Below are positions 8,950 through 15,572 of a stretch of 17,128 nucleotides of DNA, in pieces; positions within the stretch are counted from its first letter, which is position 1; each line of letters begins with the position of its first letter. The notes under the pieces were generated by a model. It was not told where the DNA came from and searched no databases. It saw only the letters and a program-made list of their open reading frames with translations. The stretch covers positions 1 to 17,128 of the forward strand of contig JBHLLO010000066.1 in NCBI GenBank assembly GCA_048885535.1, in the 5' to 3' direction. This DNA is from Candidatus Hermodarchaeota archaeon (lineage in GTDB: Archaea; Asgardarchaeota; Lokiarchaeia; Sigyniarchaeales; SOKP01). The position numbers were made by a program, and so were the translations under genes.

Positions 8950-10341
8950 CTATATTTTATGATAATAATATCTATCAAAAGTAAAATGGACCTTCTCTGT
9001 TTGTTCGTCAATAAAGAATTGGATCTTGATTTTTCTATTTGGATATGCGATAGGGACATAAAATTTGAGTTCATCAAGATTTTCTGGAGCGAGGGGTAAT
9101 TTCATTTTGGGAAAATCTAATGATTCTTTAATTTCAGTGTAAAGAATACCCTCTTCAAATGAAATTTTCATAGTTTCAAGGCTTTTATAAGTTTGATATT
9201 CTCCTGTTAGATTTTTCAATTTCTTATGAACAACTAAAGAGAGTGCTGTTTCATTGAACTTTCTGTCTAATAGGATTCCAAGAACTGCATGGGCCAAACT
9301 TCCTAAAACTATTGAGGCGTTGCAATTTGCTCCGCTAATAACTCCCATTCTTTTTTCTGGTATAATTGCTAGATATGCTGTGGAAGATCCAATATCACCA
9401 CCATGTTCTATTAACTCATATCCAAAGAAATCTTTTTCTATTTTCCAACCAAGACCATACGATGGTTCCTTACCCCCATATGTCTCTTCTGGTATTTTAA
9501 TATAAGGTTTCCACATCTGTTCTAATATGGATTGATTTAAAATTCTATTACTATTAAAAACACCACCATTAATCAAAGTAATAATATAGTTCTGCATCTC
9601 CCTTACTGAGCTCAATAATCCTCCAGGAGCATATACAGTTTTATCAAATGGATGCTGGGTTTCTTTATAAGGTTCTTTTTCTTTAGAAGGAATATAACCT
9701 GTTAAAACATTATCATCTCTTTCAATATCTTCTTTCAAATATGTAGATCTATTCATCTCTAGAGGCAAAAGAATGTTTTCTTTAACGTAAGCCTCAAATT
9801 TCATATTTGTTATTTTTTCAATAATTAAACCAACACAAGTGAACATATCATTATTATAAAAGAAAATTTTTTCAGGTATCTCAAAGAATTCATTAGTTGC
9901 ACCATTTACATGAAGCAAGAAATCATTCCAACTACTCATAGGAATTAGACTATTAAAGTTTCCAAGTTGACGAACAATAGCAACAACATTGCCACTTAAT
10001 TCTGGAATTCCTGAGGAGTGGGATAATAAATGGCAAATTTTTATAGGATTATTTTCATCTCCTAATTTGAAATCAAGATATTTATTCACTGGATCTTGTA
10101 AGCTGATTTTTCCTTTCTCCACAAGTTGCAATAAGGCAATCACTGTAACCGATTTTGAAATCGACCCAATTCCAAACAGAGTATCTTCGGTGAATGGAAG
10201 ATTTTTTTCTAAATTTCTTGCACCAAAACCCTTCGCATAGATAGGTTTACTATCATTGACAATTCCTATTGCAAGCCCAGGGATTTTAAATTCACCCATT
10301 AGAGCTACTACTTTCTGTTCAAGTTCTTTAAACATCTTCAT
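8950..10341 (-). CDS. Serine hydrolase, beta-lactamase/class C penicillin-recognising family (D-peptidase-like) with C-terminal extra domain
   Basis: Motifs SISK (SxxK), LLSHSSG, YNN (YxN), PGGLLSS, YGLGW and HGG. Confidence 0.92.
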   Translation of the reverse strand: MKMFKELEQKVVALMGEFKIPGLAIGIVNDSKPIYAKGFGARNLEKNLPFTEDTLFGIGSISKSVTVIALLQLVEKGKISLQDPVNKYLDFKLGDENNPIKICHLLSHSSGIPELSGNVVAIVRQLGNFNSLIPMSSWNDFLLHVNGATNEFFEIPEKIFFYNNDMFTCVGLIIEKITNMKFEAYVKENILLPLEMNRSTYLKEDIERDDNVLTGYIPSKEKEPYKETQHPFDKTVYAPGGLLSSVREMQNYIITLINGGVFNSNRILNQSILEQMWKPYIKIPEETYGGKEPSYGLGWKIEKDFFGYELIEHGGDIGSSTAYLAIIPEKRMGVISGANCNASIVLGSLAHAVLGILLDRKFNETALSLVVHKKLKNLTGEYQTYKSLETMKISFEEGILYTEIKESLDFPKMKLPLAPENLDELKFYVPIAYPNRKIKIQFFIDEQTEKVHFTFDRYYYHKI

Positions 10342-10389
10342 TTTGTTATAACTCCATTTTTAACATTTATATGTTAATTTCTTTATTTT

Positions 10390-11004
10390 TTAAAATTTTG
10401 AAATCTTAAGACTTAGAGGTAATGCCCAAGTTATTAAAATCAGAAAGAAAAACCATTCAAGTAGAGGTGTATGAATAAAAAAATAAAGAAGGGACACTGA
10501 TAGATGTCCAAACGCCATGAGTATCGATATATACTTTTCAACAATATTTAATATTATTAAAAGGAAGCCAATTATTACTTCCCCAAAAATCAAGGGTATA
10601 AATACAAAAATAGTACAAATATTATGTGCATCTCTCGAAATATCTACATTTATTATGCCGGTAATAAAAAGGGAAATTAGCATAATAACAATTAACAAGA
10701 ACCCTAAATATGATGAATAATGATATAACGTCCTATATTTTGAAGAACTTTCTCTTATGTTTTTGTTAACTACTTTATACAATTTAAAGAAAAAAAAAGA
10801 AAGCACAATTGAGGTTAGAATAAATGTGCCATTCATAATTATCGGAAATGGTGAGCAATTGATTGAACCTAAGTCACTTATTGGATCTATGTTTATATCA
10901 AAATTTCCAAATAACCATGCAAATAATAATGAGATTAATAGACCCAGAATGAAAAAAGGGACAGCAATTATACTAATAATGTTTAGTAAACGTTGATTAT
11001 TCAT
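10390..11004 (-). CDS. DUF998/Frag1-DRAM-Sfk1-like multi-pass membrane protein (paralog 1)
   Basis: About 6 TM helices. ISDLG follows TM1, then HNICT and PLLEW, all shared with the adjacent paralog. Confidence 0.65.
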   Translation of the reverse strand: MNNQRLLNIISIIAVPFFILGLLISLLFAWLFGNFDINIDPISDLGSINCSPFPIIMNGTFILTSIVLSFFFFKLYKVVNKNIRESSSKYRTLYHYSSYLGFLLIVIMLISLFITGIINVDISRDAHNICTIFVFIPLIFGEVIIGFLLIILNIVEKYISILMAFGHLSVSLLYFFIHTPLLEWFFFLILITWALPLSLKISKF

Positions 11005-11062
11005 TTGACATCTTGGAAAAATTTTATGCTAATTACTCTTTATTAGTTAGAATATGAAAGAA

Positions 11063-11084
11063 AATTGGATGGCGTAATCCAATT
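11063..11084. promoter_or_regulatory. Perfect inverted repeat AATTGGAT-N6-ATCCAATT upstream of paralog 1 (candidate operator)
   Basis: Read directly: aattggat ggcgta atccaatt, 59-80 nt upstream of the ATG at 11004. Confidence 0.4.
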
Positions 11085-11215
11085 AGTAATGATTTTCTTA
11101 TATATTTTTTCTTCCAAAATGAAATTAATTGAAATAAAAAAACGATATAATCATAAAAAATGATTTTGATAACCTAGAGCGATTCTCTTTAAAGAAGAAA
11201 AAAAAGAAATGAAAA

Positions 11216-11821
11216 TTATTTTAATCTTACTGGATTTGCTTTATTCCCAATCATGTTTATAGATAATGGTAGACCCCATAGTAGAAGTACAAAGAACGTA
11301 ATCCACTCAAGGATTGGAGTCTGAAAGATAAAATAGAACATTGATACAAATAAATGACCCGATATCATAAGGATTGAAATATATCTTGGAAATAAGCGTT
11401 TGATTAATATTACAAACCCTAAAATAATTTCTCCAAATAGTAATGGTAAGAAAACAAAGATAGTGCAGATGTTATGATATAATACTGAAACTTCAACACT
11501 AAAAATCCCTGTAAAGAAAAAAGCAATATTCATAATAATAAAGAATGAAAAACCAGTATTAGCTAGATGATAAAGTTTTTTATGTTCTATTACATGCTTT
11601 CTGATTATTCTATATAGATTAAAGAAATAAAATGATAGAAATACAGGTGATAACATAAATGTTCCATTTATAATCATTGGATATGGTGTATATATACTTG
11701 AGCCTAAATCACTTATTGTATTAAATAATACTTGGTAATTACCTAAATTTAAAGCAAAACTTAAGGCAATAATTAAACCTAACAAGAAAAGTGGAATTGC
11801 TAACACAGTCAATATATTCAT
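11216..11821 (-). CDS. DUF998/Frag1-DRAM-Sfk1-like multi-pass membrane protein (paralog 2)
   Basis: Shares ISDLGS, P.P.I.NGTF, F.TGI, HNICTIFVF.PL.FGE, YISILM..GHL.VS and TP.LEW with 10390-11004. Confidence 0.65.
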   Translation of the reverse strand: MNILTVLAIPLFLLGLIIALSFALNLGNYQVLFNTISDLGSSIYTPYPMIINGTFMLSPVFLSFYFFNLYRIIRKHVIEHKKLYHLANTGFSFFIIMNIAFFFTGIFSVEVSVLYHNICTIFVFLPLLFGEIILGFVILIKRLFPRYISILMISGHLFVSMFYFIFQTPILEWITFFVLLLWGLPLSINMIGNKANPVRLK

Positions 11822-11923
11822 TATTTTTCTAATACTAATTCACCATAATGGTTCAAAATTTCAACCTTTTTTTCTAAATCTTAGTTTACATAAAGGAAAT
11901 CGGTGAAATACTCATTAGAGACC

Positions 11924-11939
11924 GGATTGCTCCCAATCC
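11924..11939. promoter_or_regulatory. Inverted repeat GGATTG-N4-CAATCC upstream of paralog 2 (candidate operator)
   Basis: Read directly: ggattg ctcc caatcc(aat). It shares GGAT...AATCCAAT with the element at 11063-11084. Confidence 0.35.
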
Positions 11940-12060
11940 AATAAAACCTAATTTAAATTGTCCCCTATTCCCTATTACATAATTAAAAGAGGAGCAATAT
12001 TTATCGTTTTTGTCAAAAAGAGAATTATGTGATAAAACGTAAGTATTAAAAAAAAAGAAA

Positions 12061-12084
12061 AAACTTATAAGGAAACTTATAAGG
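12061..12084. repeat. Perfect tandem 12-bp duplication AAACTTATAAGG x2, each copy containing a TATA-like TTATAA
   Basis: Read directly. It follows an A-rich (BRE-like) run and ends about 45 nt upstream of the ATG at 12130. Confidence 0.75.
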
Positions 12085-12129
12085 AATCATTTCAAATAAT
12101 AATAATTATCAGAAGATTTGTGCTGAATA

Positions 12130-12990
12130 ATGAATAATTACAGATTCAAGATTTTTGATGCCCATATACATACTTTTGGTACATTTATGGATAAGAATGA
12201 AGATTTAATTAGTTATATGGACAATTGCAACGTGGAAAAGGCTATTTTAACAACAATAAATAGAGCAGTAAGTTCTAAGATTTATTCTCAAGCAAGTAAG
12301 GAATTTAAAGAAAATCATGGTGATCTTGATGATTTCTCTGTTGCATTCGAAAAGATGAAAAGATCTATACCAACTGATCAATTAGATCATCAAGACGTAA
12401 TAGATATTGCTGCAAAAGCCCCAACTAGGTTTTATAAGTTTTTTTGGTTTAATCCAAAAATTCAAGATAAAGAAAAGAATTATAAAATTTTAGAAAATCA
12501 TTTTTATGAGGGATTTTGTGGAGTTAAGATTCATTCAGGCATTCATTTAATAGAAATACCCCGAGATATATTAACACTTATAGAATTCATGCAAGATTAT
12601 AATAAGAATTTTCCCTTATTCATTCATTATACGCCAAAATTTACAGCTTTTGGAGGAATTAGTAGTACGAATATTGCTAAAATTGCTTCTTCATACCCAG
12701 AGTTAAAAATAATTATTGGACATGCTGCTTTAGCTATGGAGCTAGCTGTTGATTTATCATTAAGTTTAAGAAAATATAGTAACATATTTTTTGAAACGTC
12801 ATGTTCGATTCCTTATGGAATTTTAACCCTTATTCGAAATATAGGTCATAAAAGGGTCATATTTGGCTCAGATTCGCCAGTTACTAACCCATTAAAGCTT
12901 GAAATTGACAAAATTTTGTCACTACCAATAAATGATGAAATAAAACAAGACATTTTCTATAATAATGTATTGGCATTATTTGAAGATTAA
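12130..12990 (+). CDS. Amidohydrolase_2 family TIM-barrel metal-dependent hydrolase
   Basis: Motifs DAHIH, GVKIH, PLFIH, IIGH, FETS, RVIFGSDSP and IFYNN. Confidence 0.9.
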   Translation: MNNYRFKIFDAHIHTFGTFMDKNEDLISYMDNCNVEKAILTTINRAVSSKIYSQASKEFKENHGDLDDFSVAFEKMKRSIPTDQLDHQDVIDIAAKAPTRFYKFFWFNPKIQDKEKNYKILENHFYEGFCGVKIHSGIHLIEIPRDILTLIEFMQDYNKNFPLFIHYTPKFTAFGGISSTNIAKIASSYPELKIIIGHAALAMELAVDLSLSLRKYSNIFFETSCSIPYGILTLIRNIGHKRVIFGSDSPVTNPLKLEIDKILSLPINDEIKQDIFYNNVLALFED

Positions 12991-13221
12991 ATCTATTTTG
13001 TCTTTATTAAAGTTATACTCCTTTAACTTTATTAACATTTACTTGTCTACAACCTAGAATTTATTATGTAATGTAGTAGTTTTAAAAATACAATATGAAA
13101 AAGATCTTTTCTCACAAATTTTTATGAACAAGTTGATTATTTTTATTTTAATAATAAATTAATTAAAATAGATCACGTAGATTATATTATAATTAATTTA
13201 TAAATTTTTAATGAAGATATC

Positions 13222-13773
13222 GTGAATTATTCAAGGGATAATAAAAATAACAGAGAAGATGACAATTGGGATTTAATAGAAGTCTCAAAGGTTAACGACA
13301 AAATTATCAAGAAGCTTTTAAATTATCTAAAGTATGATATATCAGAAAATTTTTTCATATCATTCGAAAGTTTGTTAAAATTAGGAAACAAGATCCCTGA
13401 ATATACAATTGAAGGGATTATAAAAGAATTAGAGCAAACTCATAATTTCAAGAAAGAATTATTTCAATTCATATTAAATTTTACCAGAAATGGAATTATT
13501 GAGTACCATTTATTACCTCAACTTTACAATCCTGATTTTATTATACGTGCGAAAGCTGTTATGAAAATTAAAGAAAATAATGACTCAAAATACCTAAAAT
13601 TTCTTTTACCTCTGATAGAAGATCCTGATGATTCAGTACGTTGGAGTGTAATTAAATATCTTTCAAATTATAAAGATAATCCCATAATTTATAATGAGTT
13701 AAGAAAGCATTTAGATAATGAATTAAATCCGATTATTTATGAAAATTTAAAACAAATTGTTTTAGAGAAATAA
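13222..13773 (+). CDS. HEAT-repeat domain protein
   Basis: GTG start. C-terminal HEAT-like units LYNPDFIIRAKAV, LIEDPDDSVRWSVIKYL and LDNELNPII. Confidence 0.65.
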   Translation: MNYSRDNKNNREDDNWDLIEVSKVNDKIIKKLLNYLKYDISENFFISFESLLKLGNKIPEYTIEGIIKELEQTHNFKKELFQFILNFTRNGIIEYHLLPQLYNPDFIIRAKAVMKIKENNDSKYLKFLLPLIEDPDDSVRWSVIKYLSNYKDNPIIYNELRKHLDNELNPIIYENLKQIVLEK

Positions 13774-14020
13774 TCTCATTATATTTATATTGACTGATTT
13801 TACTATTTATTTGACAGAGTTAGGATTTTACTATTTGAGAATATCACGACTTAATATGAAAAGTAAAGAATTAAAAAAGACAATTTTAATTATATTTATA
13901 ACCCAAATTTCTGGAAAATAATAATAGCAAATAAAAGAAAAATCTTATAGACTTGGTAAAATTAGAATAATTTTTTTAATTAAAATATAATTATGGTTGA
14001 GGATATAAATCAAATTTTAA

Positions 14021-14026
14021 AAGGTG
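14021..14026 (+). promoter_or_regulatory. Shine-Dalgarno-like AAGGTG upstream of the ATA/ATT candidate start codons of the GTPase
   Basis: Sequence aaggtg-ttaa-ATA-ATT. The same AGGTG motif precedes the ATG at 14566 with similar spacing. Confidence 0.45.
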
Positions 14027-14030
14027 TTAA

Positions 14031-14561
14031 ATAATTCCTACATATGATTTCACTTTTAAGATTCTTTTATTAGGAGATGCTTCTGTGGGGAAGACTTCCT
14101 TCACAAAAAGATATTGTTATAACATTTTTAACCCATCAGAGCGACTTACAATTGGGGTTGACTTTCATGTTAAAACTATCGAATCACACAGTAAAAAAGT
14201 AAAGCTGCAAATCTGGGATGTGGGTGGGGAAGAAAGGTTTAGGTTTTTACTACCTACTTATTGTTTAGGAGCAAATGCAGCATTCCTCCTATATGACATC
14301 ACACGCCCCCCTACTCTAGATAATATCCCAGAATGGGTAAGCATAGTAAGGCAAAAAGCAGGATCTATTCCAATCATACTTGTTGGATCAAAGATAGATT
14401 TAAATTCTCAAAGGCAAGTTTCCAGAGATTATGGGATACAAATTTCTGAGAGAAATAATTTCTCGGGCTTTGGAGAAATTTCAAGTAAAACAGGTCAAAA
14501 TGTTACAAAAACTTTTGAAGTGCTTACGGAGTTGACTTTAGAAAAAATGGAAAATAGGTGA
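14031..14561 (+). CDS. Rab-like small GTPase (Ras superfamily); start codon probably non-canonical (ATA 14031 or ATT 14034)
   Basis: In frame after TAA (14028-14030): IIPTYDFTFKILLLGDASVGKT (G1), TIGVDF (G2), WDVGGEERF (G3), GSKID (G4), SSK (G5). The track's GTG at 14085 lies inside the P-loop. Confidence 0.9.
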   Translation: MIPTYDFTFKILLLGDASVGKTSFTKRYCYNIFNPSERLTIGVDFHVKTIESHSKKVKLQIWDVGGEERFRFLLPTYCLGANAAFLLYDITRPPTLDNIPEWVSIVRQKAGSIPIILVGSKIDLNSQRQVSRDYGIQISERNNFSGFGEISSKTGQNVTKTFEVLTELTLEKMENR

Positions 14562-14565
14562 TTAC

Positions 14566-15528
14566 ATGGAAGAAAGCGAATTTTTACCTCTAAGCTCTTT
14601 ATTTGATGCGATTGGTGTTATTGAGAAAGGTATAGAAAAAATATACCACTACTTATTAAAGAATATGAGAATTGATAACTTAAAAGAGGTATCATCTAAA
14701 TTTGGTCTTACTCTAAAAAGAGGATATAAAATTTGCTCAGTCTTAAATGATTTAGAACTTGTTCAAATATATGATCGTCCAATGAAGATACATTTGGCTA
14801 CTCCAGTAATTCCTATCTGGCAAAAAGTTATTAATAATCGAATAGAGGAATTATCTCAAGAATTCCAAGAAAAAAAAGAAAGGGCAGAAATGGCACTTGA
14901 TGATTTTTTAAAATCATATAACCTAACTGAACAAGTAACTCAAGAGTTTGTAGAATTTATAAAGTATGATTTAAGTAATATTTATGAAACATATTATACA
15001 TTTACGGCTAAAAATGAATGTAGGGTTGCAATTGGTATAAGATATGATAATGATTTAATAACACTGATTAAAGAAAAAGGACCTGAAAACGTGCCTGAGG
15101 AATTAAGAATTTCAATGAAAAATGGAATGATAAAAGTAAAAGAAAATGTAAAGAATTTAGATATTAAAGTCATCTTTAATGCAGAATTAGTAAAAGAGTT
15201 ATTGAAAAGCAAGGATTTTAAAATTTTAGCTGAACATATTGATCAATATGAGTTATTATTCCAAAAAGTTAACGTTCATGTAACATATGATGATTTTAGT
15301 AATTTTGGTCTTACTGACACTGAATTGGTTCAACCTAGTTTTGATCCAACAAATAAGTTGATTGGAGCATATATATCACGTAATAACAGTATTTATAAAA
15401 TCTTTCATGAGAAATTTAATGAATTATTTGAAAAAGGAATCCCTATTAATGATTTTTTAAAAGAAAATAAAGATTTGGGCGTTGAATCTGTTTCTGAAAA
15501 GCAATCTTTTGTACTATGCCTCTTATAG
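14566..15528 (+). CDS. TrmB-like transcriptional regulator (N-terminal winged HTH, coiled coil, C-terminal effector domain)
   Basis: EKIYHYLL...EVSSKFGLTLKRGYKICSVLNDLELV...RPMKIHLATP fits the TrmB wHTH pattern. It is followed by a coiled coil and a C-terminal IFHEKFNELFEKG. The SD AGGTGA overlaps the GTPase stop codon. Confidence 0.65.
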   Translation: MEESEFLPLSSLFDAIGVIEKGIEKIYHYLLKNMRIDNLKEVSSKFGLTLKRGYKICSVLNDLELVQIYDRPMKIHLATPVIPIWQKVINNRIEELSQEFQEKKERAEMALDDFLKSYNLTEQVTQEFVEFIKYDLSNIYETYYTFTAKNECRVAIGIRYDNDLITLIKEKGPENVPEELRISMKNGMIKVKENVKNLDIKVIFNAELVKELLKSKDFKILAEHIDQYELLFQKVNVHVTYDDFSNFGLTDTELVQPSFDPTNKLIGAYISRNNSIYKIFHEKFNELFEKGIPINDFLKENKDLGVESVSEKQSFVLCLL

Positions 15529-15572
15529 AGGTTACTAATTTAAAATTTTAACAATAAAGAAAAAAAAATTAA

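Noticed and set aside
9254-10996. Short + strand ORFs 9254-9505, 9989-10240, 10517-10720 and 10757-10996
   Set aside because: Antisense shadows of the serine hydrolase and membrane-protein genes.
11963-11976. CCCTATT x2 short tandem repeat
   Set aside because: Too short to distinguish from chance.
12991-13990. AT-rich intergenic stretches flanking the HEAT gene as possible ncRNA, CRISPR or origin
   Set aside because: No repeats-with-spacers, tRNA-like structure, clear C/D boxes or ORB-like elements were recognised.
14015-14022. TTTTAAAA slippery-like site in the uORF as a -1 frameshift site
   Set aside because: A -1 shift here hits TAA at 14028-14030 before reaching the GTPase coding sequence.
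14085-14087. GTG as the GTPase start (ORF track)
   Set aside because: It encodes the Val inside GDASVGKT, so starting here removes beta1 and most of the P-loop.
14559-14605. Selenocysteine or readthrough at the GTPase TGA
   Set aside because: The domain is complete, the readthrough peptide is short and uninformative, and the TGA is explained as part of the downstream SD.
15514-15528. C-terminal ...LCLL of the TrmB-like protein as a CaaX prenylation signal
   Set aside because: Only two residues follow the Cys, so it is not a CaaX box.
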